Below, piece by piece: positions 23,696-37,210 of a DNA stretch of 64,000 nucleotides (position 1 is its first letter; the number at the start of each line of letters is the position of its first letter). Under the pieces are notes generated by a model. It worked only from the letters and a program-made list of their open reading frames with translations. It searched no databases and was not told the DNA's origin. The stretch is from Vitrella brassicaformis CCMP3155 (taxonomy: Eukaryota > Protista > Chromerida), in the NCBI GenBank assembly GCA_001179505.1, contig CDMY01000406.1, forward strand, positions 1 through 64,000. Direction: 5' to 3'. The translations under genes were made by a program, and so were the position numbers.

Positions 23696-26082
23696 TCATT
23701 GGGGTGCGAGCATGGCGAATTCGGCCATGAGGGGGAGGTGGTCGGATGGGAAGAGGGCAGAGGGGAGGGCCGTGTGCTGGCTGCACACAATAACACACAC
23801 ACACACACACGCACACAGACAGACAGACAGTGGATAGATGGACCAGCTCTATTTGTCGGACATTGTGTGTGCATCCGTGTGTGTGTATCTGTGTGCGGCG
23901 TGGGGTGCTCACCTGAGTGCGTCCTCCTGTGGCAATTTGATGGCCTCGACGGCCACGAGGTCGGGCCCCTCGAAGAACAGATAGTCGAGACACCCTGAAT
24001 GAAGACCATGCACATTTGTTACACACGTGTCAAGCTTGACACCCTCCGGTGGGGCCACCGGTGCATATCGCTTACCTTTGAATGCCACCGTGTAATTGGT
24101 GAACTGAGGCTCTTGGCCGAACACCTCTCTGTAAGCACTCCGATAGGGCTGCACTTGCAACGAAGGCACCGCCTGCATCGGGATCTTGTGCCGACGGGTC
24201 ACCTGGTTGACCAACACAACACATACAGCAGAGAAAGGCTCCGTCTGCTGCTGCTGCTGCATGAACCAGCCGAGTGACTCAAGTGGCTTACTCACCGGAT
24301 GGTCGGGATGGTCCGCCCCCACCGTCCCCTGTGTCAGCAGCTGGTACACACCACTGTACAGCCGACCAACATCCTCCGCACTCTCGCTCTCCACAGCAAC
24401 ACCATCACCATCACCATCAGTCCGCCCTTTGTCTCCCTGCTGCTCGGTCGGCTCACTGCTGCCGGCGATTTCAGCTGGCGGGTCGGCGGCAGACCGTGTG
24501 GTGCGCATGGAGAAGCCCTGCACGTGGAAGGGCGAAGGGGGCGTGGGGCTGCCCGGCCGGGCCACAGCCACAGACGGAGGGCTCGATGAGGGGGGATGGG
24601 TCTCGGGGACCTGTTAGTGGACAAAACGTAGATAGCTTCACACGGCATGTGTGTGTGCGTGTGTGCGGGAGGAGCTTACGGGAGGGTGTCTGAGCGACTG
24701 GTTGAGCGTGCGTGATCCGCTCTTGGCGGGCGCCTGATACCGGGCGGCGAGAGAGGGCAGCTCGGGGTCATACCGATCGGCGTGAACCTGATTGACGCAC
24801 ACACACACACACAGCAATGGGGCAGGGTGCCGCTGAATGCCTGTCTGTCGGTCGGTCTGTGTGTGTGTGTGTCGATTTGCCTTGTATGGGACCGAGTTGA
24901 AGTCGCCCGCCAGGATGCAACCGCCCTGCGGCTGCTTCTCGGGACTGCTCTTGGCGAACTCCTCGCAATACGCCGACACCTCCTGGTGGCTCGCACACAC
25001 ACGTTTGTCTGCCGGTGTGTCTGTCTGCCGGTGGTGTGAATTCGACCCATCTCCTACCTTTGCCAGGATGTAGGCCTGTAGGAGCTTGATGTCGGGGAAG
25101 AGAGGGTCCCAGAAGAGATGGGTCGACACCACGTGCACCACTGGACCGCTCTGAGTGATTTGATTCGACGCCCACAGAGAAAAAGACAGGGGCAGCATTC
25201 ACTCACTTCCAGCCATATATCCGTTTGTGTGCGTGTATGTGTCTCACGGGCATGAGTGAGAAGGATGCGATGACGGCCATGTTGAGCTTCTCCTTCAGCT
25301 CACGCCACAGAGCCCACTGCACCTGGCAACACACAATGGAGTCACAACCACATGGAGGAATTGATGGATGGATGGATGGATGTGCTTGCCTTACATCTGT
25401 GCCGGTCATGTGCATGTGTTGGCTGAACCACTTGTCCAGCAGCGAATTGAACCGAAACGTCTGTGTCGACAACAGCCGGAATACCTCGGGCCTGCACAAC
25501 CGCCCCAACACACACACACACACACACACGCACACACACACACGCACACACACACACACACACATGATGACACCGACGGACACACACAGAAAGAAGGAAC
25601 GTACCTGTAGAAGATTGCGCACCCGTCCCCGCTCGGCAGCGTCGAGTTGAACATGTGCACCGCCTTACGGTATCCCCCCGCACCCAGAGAGGTCGACAGC
25701 TGGTCCAGTGACACCTGCTCAGCCTTCCAGACAGCCGACACACACATCACACACGCGCACACCTCTGCGTGTCTGTCTGCCTGTGTGTGACGGACCTCCT
25801 GCAGGCAGAGTATGTCGGGGTCATGGTGCAGCAGCTCCTTCTCTATCCTGGACATCCGCACCGGAAACTTGAGGACACTCGGGGCGCAATAAAAGTACTT
25901 GGACGACCGCAGAGCGTCCAGCTGCACCGACCGATGAGAGAGTGAGAAATGACAGGCACATCACATGCCGACCCTCGCTGCGCTGTGTGTGTGCCATGTC
26001 ATTGCGGGTGGCTGACCCGCCTCACCCTGTGCATGATGTTGTAGGTGAGGACCCTGAACGTGCGGACCGTCCCAGCAGACAT
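23696..26082 (-). CDS. Endonuclease/exonuclease/phosphatase-family protein (CCR4/nocturnin/Angel-like)
   Basis: FRVLTYNIMH, DILCLQEV, DGCAIFYR, VVSTHLFWDP, ILAGDFNS, FTNYT, CLDYLFF, PSDHLPLMAEF. Confidence 0.92.
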
Positions 26083-26307
26083 CAGACAGACAAGCACATC
26101 CTCACCGCCCTCCCTCGCCCCGCTCCATCCGGTCGCTATGCAGCGATGAATCAATCAATCGACTAGGCGCGCTGAATGCATTGCAGCCCTGTCACAAACA
26201 CCCCCGAGGGTCAGGCGTATCTGAGCGTTTCGTGTGACTGTCTTCTCTGCTCACTCACCTCGGCGTCGTTTTTGATTGACTCGGAAGCCAAACCGACAGA
26301 CAGACAG

Positions 26308-26396
26308 CTGACTGATTCTTGCAAGATCTACGGATGCCAAACTATATAGATCACGAGAGGGCCGCAGCGCCTTAGTTGCATCTCCCGAGCTCGCAG
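26308..26396 (+). promoter_or_regulatory. Upstream element shared with 28181-28270
   Basis: Exact CAAGATCTACGGATGCC plus flanking AGATCA-GAGAGGGCC and TTGCAT..AGCTCGCAG in both copies. Confidence 0.45.
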
Positions 26397-26535
26397 CAAG
26401 CTCGCAGACGGGAAGAGGGAGCTCCGAATTACGTCTCATCTGCAGCCACAGCAGGTCAGCAAGAGTGGATGCTGCATAGATCTGCACATCGATCAATTGC
26501 AAGTGGCTGCAGCTGGTGATCGGGCCCGTCCGGTG

Positions 26536-27572
26536 ATGTCTGACTCGACGGCCTTCTTCCCCCGTCTGTGCGCCCGCATCCGTGCCGTCGACTCCATCCT
26601 CTGCATCGGCCTCGACCCGCATACTTCCCTGCTCAACAAGACCACCTCTGCCGACTCTTCCTCCCTCCCCACCGCAGCCGACGTCGAGGCCTTCTGTGAC
26701 GGCCTTATCGACGCCACCCTTGCCGTGGCCTGCTGCTACAAGCCCAACGTTGCTTTCTTCGAGGCTCTGGGCGGCCCCGGGCTGGAGCTGCTGGCCAAGC
26801 TGATCGCCAAGATACCAAAGGACATCCCTGTGTTGCTCGACTGCAAGCGGGGCGACATCGGCTCGACCGCTGCTGCCTATGCGACGGCCTCTTACCATCA
26901 CCTGAAGGCCGATGCCGTCACCCTCAGCCCGTACATGGGCACCGACTCTATCGTGCCGTTTATAGAGGACGGCAGCAAGGCCGCCTTCGTCGTGTGCAAG
27001 AGCTCCAACCCTGGCTCCAACGACCTGCAGGCACTGGCGATGAGTGACGGCAGGCCGCTCTACCTGCACGTGGCGAGGCTGTGTGAGCGGCTGGGTCGGA
27101 CCCACGACAACAACGTGGGCCTGGTGGTGGGGGCGACTGACTGTGAAGCGTTGCGGAGGGTGCGGTCGGAGTGCCCTGATGTGTGGATACTGGCGCCGGG
27201 GATTGGCGCACAAGGAGGCGACCTCAAGGAGGCCCTCACAGCCGGTACCTAAGGACAGCACCTACCAATGCTTTCCTTCGTGTGTGTGCCATTGATACCG
27301 AGCCACCACTGTGTTTTGATGGGTGTGTACTGTATGTGTGTTGTGTGTGTCAGGACTTCGTCCGGACGGTCTGGGGATGATCATGCCCGTGTCACGAGCC
27401 ATCTCACGAGCTGAGGTGGGGACCAATCTCCCAACACGTGGCTGGCGCATCTGTGTGCATGGTATGTGCATGTGTATGTGTGTGTCAGGACATGCGCGGG
27501 GCAGCTGAAGAGTTGCGGCAGCAGATGAATGCAGTCAGAAGGGAAGTGGTCCATGGTGGAAGAATGGGCTGA
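26536..27572 (+). CDS. pyrF: Orotidine-5'-phosphate decarboxylase, monofunctional, bacterial/Plasmodium-type subfamily
   Basis: LCIGLDPH, YKPNVAFFEALG, LDCKRGDIGST (DxKxxDIxxT), VTLSPYMG, GLVVGAT, LAPGIGAQGG, PVSRAI; 3 exons. Confidence 0.97.
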
Positions 27573-28180
27573 TTGATGATGTTAGCTGAGCTGAGCTGAG
27601 CTGCGTCTCCTTTCGGTGTGCTGAGATCGCTCTAGCAAGACAGATTGATCGATGGTCTCGTGCAGGCCAGGGAGGGGTGTGGGTTTGTGTGTTGCTGTGT
27701 TACCTACCTTTCCGCCTGGACAAGCGAGTCCACGTTGTCAGTCAGTGACGCAGGAACGAGTAATCGATTGCTTGATCGACATATGCAGGCAGAGTTGGTG
27801 CGCTGGCTGTGTGAGACTCGATGTTCACCACACACACAGAGTGTCCATTCTCACTCTCTGTGTGCAGTGACCCTCGAGCATCTCACAGACACACATGACA
27901 CGGCTGACTGTGTGTTGACGATGTGTCCAAGGCAATGGCAATGCGCTCACCTCACACTCACAACTGAGCCCATCACTGCAGCGGCCCCATTGCAGTGATT
28001 TCACCTCCCGTCCGATCGCGAGCTGAAATCTGCAGCAGATCTGACGCCTTCCCTCTCTCTCTCTCTCTCTCCCTCCCTCCCTGTCCCCTCCCAAGTCATC
28101 TCCGTCGACGGGCAAAGCGCTCGTTGACCAACGACTCCTACGGACAGCCGATGCCGTTGGAGGCGATGGTCTTCGCCTGG

Positions 28181-28270
28181 CTGACCGGATTCTCACAAGA
28201 TCTACGGATGCCGACTTACACAGATCAGAGAGGGCCTCAGAAACAACTCATTGCATTCTGAAGCTCGCAG
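28181..28270 (+). promoter_or_regulatory. Upstream element shared with 26308-26396
   Basis: Direct alignment of the two copies. Confidence 0.45.
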
Positions 28271-28622
28271 GGAGGCGTAGGGCAGGCGGCTCGTCAAAGC
28301 GACAGCCCACCGGACACGGAGGGGTCTCATTGCATTCCTTGCGCAACGCGAACAGAGACCAACGACTGAAAGATCACCGTTCCAGGCCTTTCATTCACCA
28401 GAGAGCAGTTGTCAGGGTCCTTCGACGAGTGTGCGTCGCACTGACATGACCGACGGGCTCATTCTTGTGGTACTGAACGCAAAGAGCCCACTTCTCTGCT
28501 TGTCAGGCACTGGTGGATGGATGGATAACTGTGTGCTTGTGTGTCTGTGCGTGTCTTTGTGTGTTTGTGTGTTTGCTTGTGTGACACCGCCAGGTGACAA
28601 TCGTGTTTTTGGCGAAGGGTGC

Positions 28623-29326
28623 ATGGGTACTCCTGGAGACGGCCCTTATGAGTACCCGGGACAGCCACTGGCACGGCTCCCATCAGACATGAGCAGCAAT
28701 GCACCGCTGGGGCTCTATGACGGTACGGATGGTACCTCACTCAGACACTCACTCCACACACTAACATTCGTCGCGTCTGTCCGGGTGCAGAGCTGACGAA
28801 CGACCCATTCTTCCGAAAACAGGATGAATCACAGGGTGAGCAAAGCATTCGAAGGAGCCGAAGCAGTGTGTCACTCCCGCATGTGGTGGTTGCTTGCGGC
28901 TGTGAATGTCAGGTATGGACTACGGCGTCCCGCGGCTGCCGTCGCTGAGCATGACGCCCACACCTCGAGGCAGCGAAAACGGCGACAGTGACATGGGCAT
29001 CGGCATCGGCAGCCAGGCAGGCGTGGGCGGCCAGCAGCAGCCCATGCAGATGGGCATGATGGCTGGTGGTGGTGGTGCAAACGGAGGGGCGGGGACGCAG
29101 ATGATGATGCAGAGCGACGCCATGACACAGCAGGCGGCCATGCAGGGGTGAGCAGAGATCAGATCAGATGGACGCTCACTCGAAGTCGGTTGGCCTCACT
29201 CTCTCTCTTTCTCCATGCTGCGTCTGTTTTGCTGGCAGTCTGCTGCAGTCGTCCTCCATGCCGCCCTCTCTGCTGCCCTACCACCACCAGCCGCCCATGT
29301 ACCCATCACCATACGAGCAGCACCGT

Positions 29327-29358
<32 letters not shown>

Positions 29359-32128
29359 GCCACTGTTCCACCCGCCCCCGCGGCCGTTGCCGCCACAGAC
29401 GAGCGCATCTTTCCCCCTCCCCAATCCACGGCCAAGCGCCACGAGGTCAGTGCAGGCAGGCATCTTGCTCCCTTGGTCAATGGACCGATCGACGTGTATG
29501 TGTCCGTGGCCATCAGGCCTCCGCTGCCCCCTTCGCGTGTGGCTGAGAGTCCTGTAGAGGATCGGAAGATGAGCCCACACCGCTTCACGCCCCTCTCGCC
29601 GGCCGTGTCGTCATCTTCACGCTCACAAGGTGAGTGTATGGGCTCTCTAGGTGTGTATATGGCCTTGTGTGTCTGCAGATGGCGAGGGCGGTCCGGGTGC
29701 CGGCGGCCGCAGCAGAGCCCACCATGACCAGCCGCAAGAGCTGAGAAGAAAACAGGTGAGTGAGTGGACTCAACACATACACACATACACAAACACGTTT
29801 ATCTGATTGATGATGTGTGTGCAGTCGCCCGAGCGTGCGGTGTCGCCTTTGATGGAGCACTGGAGCACCATGGCGAGCGGCGGCCAGGCGGCCAAGGGCG
29901 GGGCGTCCAAGGACAACTTCACCGCCATGATCGGCGACATGAAGACAGACGTCCAATACGGCGTGCGGCAAGGTCACATGAGATGAGATGGGACGAGAGA
30001 GACCGGCGGCAGAGAGCAATGCTGGTGCGTGTGTGTCTGTGTGTGTGTGGAGCAGGTATCATGTCTCAGGCGGCTGTCCCCAGCTCGTCTGTGAGTGGGA
30101 TGGGCAGCAGCGACGACGACCCAGACGGCGAGGGGGGCATCAACAGCGTGGTATCAACACACACAACGCACACAAACCTACCTACGGCGCAGGCGCCCAT
30201 ATCGCATGTGCGCTTCCCTTCCCGCTCGTCAGGCGAACAAGATGCGCCACCTGTCGCTGTGCTCTGATTTCCTGACCGCTGCTGAGGCCGCCTTGGCGGC
30301 GGCACCGACAAGGGAGGAGGTGCGCGTCAAGGAGGTCCCTGACATTGAGCTGCCAAACGTGGAGGTGATCAACAGAAGAAACACCATCACGGCAGAGCGG
30401 CGAATGACCCCAATGTGTGTGTGTGCGGATGGATGTCAGGTGCATGTGGACACCGATCTCGATTCCGGGTCGGTGTTGCTGGTGCGGCCCGACGGCCAGA
30501 CGTGCAATGAGGTCAGTGTGGCTCCCGGCTCGTTCGATCCGCTCTCGTCACATGTGTCTGTCTGTGTGTGTGGATGCCTCAGGTGGTACTGCAGGTGCGT
30601 CCGCCCGACCCTCTGACGATCGACAAGTTCGTCTTCAGCGTCGTCATCGAGAGAAATGCTGGCGGGGAGAAGTCGCCCGCTGCGAGGAGGTGAGGTACAC
30701 CACAACACCCACCACACCACACACATGTGCCAGGGCCACACACTCGTTGATGCTCTGTGTGTGTGGGTGTGTGGTGTGCAGACACTCTGTGAGCCGGTCG
30801 CCCGAGCACACCGACTCCTCACCACATGCAGTAAGACCACCACACACGTACAGCTATGCTGAGAGACCTTTCTGGGTATGTGGATGTGTGTGTGTGACCA
30901 ATTTTGCAGTCGGGTCCTGACATTCCGATGCAAGATGCTGCCATCGTCAAGAGGGAGAAGGAGGACGGCCTGCTCTCACCCAAGGTCAGTCGGCATTGCC
31001 AGAAACACACACACACACACGGCAGCTATAGCTTCTCTCTCTGTGTGTGTGTGTGTGTGTGTGTCAGAGTGCCAATATCAGTTTGTTTGGCCGCGAGACG
31101 GTGACGATATCTGTGCGGGCGTCAAGCGGACTCAAGAGCATGACCCCCAAGATACAATCGGTACACCACCACAGCACACGAGATGGCCAGCCATCCAGCC
31201 CTTTCTGTCTGTGGCTGGCCGCATGGTGGCTGCAGGTGTACCTGGCCGATCAGCACAAGCACTGCGAATGCAAGCTGGACATTCAGGTACACACACCTGC
31301 ATGGACTGCGCATTGATACTGGTCGGTCCATTTCTTTCTGTCTGTCTGTCTGTCTTTCTGTCTGTCTGTCTGTCTGTCTGTCTGCAGGACATTGTGCTGT
31401 ACAACCGTGTGGGTTTCTTCAAACCCACTGCCATGAAGCCCAAGCCACTGGTAAGTCAGTCAGTGGGCACGTCATATAGAGGTCAAATGCAACGCACATG
31501 GCTGGGCTGTGCTGTGTGTCGTGCAGCGTCACCAGTGGGCGTGGTATCGGAACGCATCGCTGCAGGACACTTACGAAAACAGAGAGCTGGAGCTCAAGGT
31601 AAGTTGCCGAATGCGCGACAAGAGACAAAGGGGAGGGCGCCCCCCCCCCAAACCAACCTGTGTGTGAGTGTCCATTTGTGTGTGTGTGCAGGAGTGCCGT
31701 GCGGCGCCTGAGGGCCGCAGCACCCGATGGCGCACCGACAAATTCATCGCCGACTTCCTCGTAGTACACAGCCCACCACACAACACAACACGGGCGATGC
31801 CCATCTGCTCTCTCCCTCCCTCTGTGTGTGTGTGTGTGTGTGTGTGTCACTTCCGCAGTGCAATTTGTCAACAGCCCTTCAGGCGTCCTTCGAGCTGCTG
31901 CCGCTGTCAGAGGACTGCCAGCGGGGCGTCATCAAGGCCGTCCGGCTGCACCGGGCCGACGGCACGCCGGGCTTCTGCCGCATCGACGGCATCCTCAACT
32001 TCCGGACCAACACACAGTCGCAGCTGCGGGTGCAGGGCGGCGCGTGTGAGATCGCTCTACGGGGCTTCACGTGTGCGGCCACCCAGATTACGGCATCCGA
32101 CAGGGTGCACCGGAAGAATATGGACTGA
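28623..32128 (+). CDS. Multi-exon hypothetical protein; Gln/Pro/Gly/Met-rich N-terminus, apparently folded C-terminal half
   Basis: Chain of GC3-rich exons flanked by GT-AG, ending GFCRIDGILNFRTNTQSQLRVQGGACEIALRGF...KNMD*; no family recognised. Confidence 0.6.
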
Positions 32129-32731
32129 CTGTGTGATGAGCAGACGGACAGGCAGACAGACAGACAAACAGACGGGCGTGTGTCCGTGGGAGGCACCTGT
32201 GGTGTGGGTGTGTGGTGCGAGTACAGGGCGGTCGTGGGGTGGGTGGGCAGGGCGGTTTTTTGAGCAAACGTGATTGAGACGACTGTATGCTCCAGTGAGT
32301 ATTGTATTCTATTCTATTCTAGGAAGAGTTCTGTCGGCGATGGGATCTTGCATCGCATCATGTGAGAGATATTTACCTCAAGTCCGCATTCGGCTCATAG
32401 AGTGCGGGCTTTGGGTGGTTTTCTGCTGCATGAGGCATGAGCCCACGTCGGTCAGGAATGAATAACCTGATGATGAGCAATGGAATGCACAGAGTCAAAC
32501 AAGTTTGATGATCTGATACCTTGTCGGACACACACCCACCCACACACCCGGTAGGTCCTCATCAGTGGGTCCTCATTTGACACACAAACACGAGCACCCA
32601 GCTGGATGGACAGACGACACATTTCTCATGTCACAGACAGACACCACGACCATCCATCCCACATCCACCCACTCAGACCAAAAAGCCTCTCACACGCGTA
32701 CACACACACACGCATTTCACCCCCACGTCAA

Positions 32732-34970
32732 TCAATCGATCACAATGGCGTCGTCTTTGGCCTTCTTTTTCTTTTTCTTCCTTTTCTTCTTCTTGACCAC
32801 TCCATCCACCTGGCGGCCCTCATCCCCCTCCCCTCCCTCCCCCTCTCCATCGCTCTTGGCCCTGCCCTTCTCCTCCTCTCTGCTCGTATGCACATCCGTG
32901 CCCGCAGCAGCCGCTGCTGATGCGGGCTCAGCTCGGTCCGTTCCCCTGTCCTTGTTTTTCTTCCTCCGTTTCTCCTCCACGTGGGGCTGGCTCTCGTCGT
33001 CCTGCCCGTCCCACCCATTCAAAGCCGCCTCAGCCTCCTCGCCGCTCGGGGCCGCCTCGTCCCTTTTGCGCTTCTTCTTCCTCTTACCCTTGACACCCGC
33101 CCCATCCACCACACCATTGACCTCTCCACCTGCTGAGGAGGCAGCAGCTGCAGCGGCAGCAGCGCTCGACGCAGCGGCCGCTGCCGCTGCCGCCGGTTCC
33201 TCCTGCTGCTCGGGCTCCCTCCTCTTCTTGGCCCTCTTCTTGCTCGGTGGCTGGGCGGCTCCATCAGAAGCTGCAGCAGCTGCAGCTGCTGCGGGCTCTG
33301 ACTTGACTTGATGCAGCATCTCCTGCTCGTCGGGCGCCTTCCTTTTCTTTTTCTTTGCTCGCGCAGCCATGTCATCCGCAGGGGCAGGGGCGGATGCAGA
33401 TGCCGACGCAGATGAAGCGGCCGCAGCAGCTGCGGCAGCTGCTGGGGGCTGGCCCGCCATGTCTGTTGTTTGCCGTTTCTTCTTCTTTTTGGGTTGGTGG
33501 GTCATGTTGTCCATGGGGTGGGGCGGCTGGCTGCGGGGATTAGAGGGCTGGAACAGAGGGACGAGAGGCCGCAGGACGCCCTCATCGTCGACTGGACCTG
33601 CAGAGGGAAAAATCAAGAGGAGTGGATGAGTGTGTATCCGGGGGGGTGCAGGTGGTGGGTGCGCTGCTTGCTTGCCTGTATCGTTTTGGTCTTTGAGCGA
33701 TCCATCCAGGTTCATCAGGCCACCATCCCTTCCCTCACGCAAACTGACAGATTGACAAGGGATGCCAGTGGTGGATGCGTGGATGGGAGGATGGTTGGTG
33801 GGCCCTCGTGTTGCCCACCTGACGACGCGGAACTGCACGTAGTCATCGATGCCGATGGACGACTCGGCCGCCGACCTCTCGGCGTCCACCAGGTACCTGT
33901 CCATGTCTGGATCGTCGTCGACCAGGTCTCTCTCCCTCTTGATTTCGCCCTTGACGCGTTCACGCTTGAAGTGCTCTTCATCTTCCTTGGTCAGGTCGAT
34001 GTCACGGTCGACGGCATTCTTCCATCGCGTGAAGAGCGACTGCCCTTCATCGGCCACGCACCACCACCGATTCTGGTCGGCCGGCACACACACAAAAGAC
34101 AGGAAGGCGGTCGAGTTGGTTGTGCGTGTGTGGGTGTGCGATGCATCTATCCCGATCAGACCTGTGCATATTTGAGGTACTTGGGCAGCCGCTGCCTCGA
34201 CACGAAGGCGGGGAAGAGGCCGTGCACTGTGATAGCTATGTAGTGGCTGCCCACATAATGCACCCGACCAACTGAACAACACGGACCGATTCACATACGT
34301 TCGCCTTTGCCAGCATCCGTGCTGCCCACGGAGAAGGTCTTCTGGCACAGGCTGCCAGACGAGGCACTTGAGCTGGACGTCCACCAGGGTGTACCCTGTG
34401 TTGTCGGCGCAGTTGGCCGTCGTGTAGCCGCACGACTCGAGAGCACGGGCCGAGTGGTGCGCCATCCACACCCCACGGAACTCTGGCAGATACCTGAGGG
34501 GACGACGCATTCATCCACAGCCACCAATCCAATCCAATCAGCCAGCCAGCCAATGAACCAATGTGTTGATGATGCCTGTCCGCACCTGTGCAGTAGGTTC
34601 GAGAGGAAGTACTGAATGCCGGTCAGCGGCTCGTTCAGAAAACGCGCCTCCAGCTGGACCGTGTTCCTTCAGCCACAGCACAGCACAGCATCAACGCAAA
34701 ACCCATCCACACTGTCCAATGCAGCTGCAGTGTTGCCTCATCGGTCGCGTACTTTGCTTCGATGACCACAAACGAGTCGACGTCCACTCCATCGGCATGG
34801 AATTCGCTCGCCATGTTGTGCAGCTGTGCCACGGGGCTAGAGTCGGTCCTGGCGAGTCTTGCGTCAAGGTGTGGGGCGAGCTCCCGCCTGGAGCGGAGGA
34901 TGAAGGGCACCACCTTGCTGCGCTTGATGGGGCGGCAGGTCACCACTTCCCAAGGCCGCTCGTCATCCAT
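32732..34970 (-). CDS. RPA43: Probable RNA polymerase I subunit RPA43 (RPB7-like) with Lys-rich tail
   Basis: VLPLEP..VRTGI, RYLPEFRGVWMAH, DNTGYTLVDVQLKCLVWQP..DLLRG, IDDYVQFRV, GLMNLDGSL, then a long acidic/poly-Lys tail, as in RPA43 homologs. Confidence 0.65.
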
Positions 34971-35338
34971 TCAATCAATGGATCACGGACACACGCGGAG
35001 GGCACCGGGGCTGCCCTTCGAGGCTAGCTGACGACGAAGGTGAGTGAGCATCTCCCAAGCATCTCCTGAAATGCGTCGATGAGTCGGATGAAATCGCATT
35101 GGCGAATATCGGCCCTGATGCTTCAGCATCTCTATCAACACGTCCGTGGCAGTTGCTTGAAGCCGGTCTTGTCGAAACAATTGTCTAGAAGAAAATGCGA
35201 GCTCAAAATTGCAGATCTGCGAGCTTAGCTGCAAGGACAAGAGTGCACTCAAGTCTCCGTCTCACCGTGAGGCGCTCAGGTGACCCGTGCTTCTGCTGCC
35301 GACCTCATCCATTCAAGGCATCCATTCCAGCATCCGGG

Positions 35339-36652
35339 ATGAAGAGAAAGGCGGCACGCACGGCGAGGCAAGCGGCTGAGCAGCAGCCATCCGCATCCGC
35401 ATCAGCTGCACAGCAGTCACGCCTGACAGCGTGTCCCGACGGCGTTGTCTTGATGGTCTGCGGATTCCTGGGCGCCGATGTGGCCGCCTTCCGCCTGACC
35501 TGCCAGCGCAACAAGGGGCTCATCACGGTCACATTCCTCACTCATCGCGTCAACGGCATTCTGCGGGCCAACCACATGGACGGAGTGCTGCGTGTCCAGC
35601 CGCCCAATGAGGGCCGACGGCTGCGTCGACATCTGGGCCAGCTGACCTTTGTGTTGGGGCTCATCTATGTGCTGGAGAACGGCGGCCTGTGGGAGCGGTG
35701 GGCGCCTCTGTTTTGGCTGGGCAGGAGCCACGGCCGCATCAGCACACTGCCGGCGACGCTGTCGAGTGACGACCTGCAGAAGGTTGGCGGCAAGGCGGTC
35801 TTCAATGGGCGATGTGAGGCGGTCCGGCAGTGGTCACTGTTCGGGCCACAAGTTCAACGAGCAAAACGACGCTGAGATGACGCTGTGGCGCACCCGGCAC
35901 GGCCGCGAGCAGATGGGGTCATTCAGCCTGACCGTGTACACGGAGCAGACACTGCCGGCCAACCACCCCTTCCCATTTGACGATAGAAACCCTCCGGGTG
36001 GGCGGGTCAGGGGAGAGGGATAGTTGTGCCGTCTCATCTGTCTGTCTGTCTTTTCTTGCGTTTTGCAGTCCGCATGAGAGACGTCCTCTCGGCCTCGTTT
36101 CGGGATGCTGTGGTCAGATGGTAAGTAAGGACAGAGACCAGCGAAAAGAAGACAAAGACAACACCCGGCTGCGGTTGGTTTGACTGATTGATTGGTCAGT
36201 ATGCGTGACTGCCGTGCGACACGATACGTCACGACCAAATTTGCCCTGCCGGGGCATCAAGACCGAAGTGTTAGTCACCAGATTGATTCCACAGGCCTAC
36301 ATGAAATTGCCCTGTCTCTCTTCATCTGTGTGTGAATGTGTGCTTGGTTCAGAGAGAGCTGGTGACGCAGGCGCCGCCCATTTGGGGCTGCACTATAGCC
36401 TCGTCCCATGTGATGCCGCCCGGCGGACCTCGTCAGCGCGTCGTTGTGGTCTGTGGCGACCAGCCGGGAGACACGTTTGCCGCCCACATCTACTTGTATC
36501 TGCACGGTGCGACGGCGAGCACCGCCCTGTTCACCACAGAGAGGGCACAGGGCGGGGTGCGGAAGCCCATGACTGTGGCGAGGGTGCGGCAGCGGCTGGG
36601 CAATGACGACATGCAGGCGATCTTTGAAGACTCGCTGAACCAATTTGCGTGA
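35339..36652 (+). pseudogene. Lineage-specific family member with F-box-like start and a frameshift at about 35846
   Basis: LTACPDGVVLMVCGFLGADVAAFRLTC...GRCEAVRQWSLFG continues as HKF...QTLPANHPF only in the +1 frame; last exon ...LFTTERAQGGVRKPMTVARVRQRLG. Confidence 0.65.
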
Positions 36653-37210
36653 ATGAGAGGGGTGGTGCATGGAATGAATGAATGAAGGGTGCTTGGGTGG
36701 TCAAGGACGTGGCTCTTGGGGATTTTCACGAGGCAGAGAACGGGAGGGAAAGAGGGTGTGGGTACATCTGCGTCGGCCGTCTGTCGGCAGTTGCGAGCAA
36801 GGATGGTGTCAGGGGCCGTGGCTGTGTGGGGAGAGGGAAGACAAGGCAGGTTAGTTGTCGCCATCAGGTGTTTTTGAGTAAGCTGCTGTTGATGAGTGAG
36901 GTGGGGGAGTGAATGAGAAGAGGAAGCAGAGAGGGAGGGGCCTGTCTGTCTGTCTGCCTGTCTGTCTGTCTGTCTGTCTGTCTGAGGGTTGGGTTGTTTG
37001 CATGTGTTGTGTTTGTGTGCAGGAGTCTTTGGCTTTCGTGCCTGCACACCGCGGCTGGGGGTTTGACACTCTGACTCTCTCCACTCCCTCACACTTAAGT
37101 GAAAGCGTCATTTACACCACACCACGTGTCAGTCAGGGAATTCATCGCCCGCCTACATGGCACACACACTCAGGGATCAGACACATAGGCCACAAACCAC
37201 ACGACACACA

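Noticed and set aside
22075-27572. Bacterial contamination or prokaryotic island (SBP-like, pyrF-type genes)
   Set aside because: Both genes have GT-AG introns with host-type microsatellites
27600-28180. Possible small gene (ORF 27645-27998)
   Set aside because: No recognisable motifs or convincing splice chain
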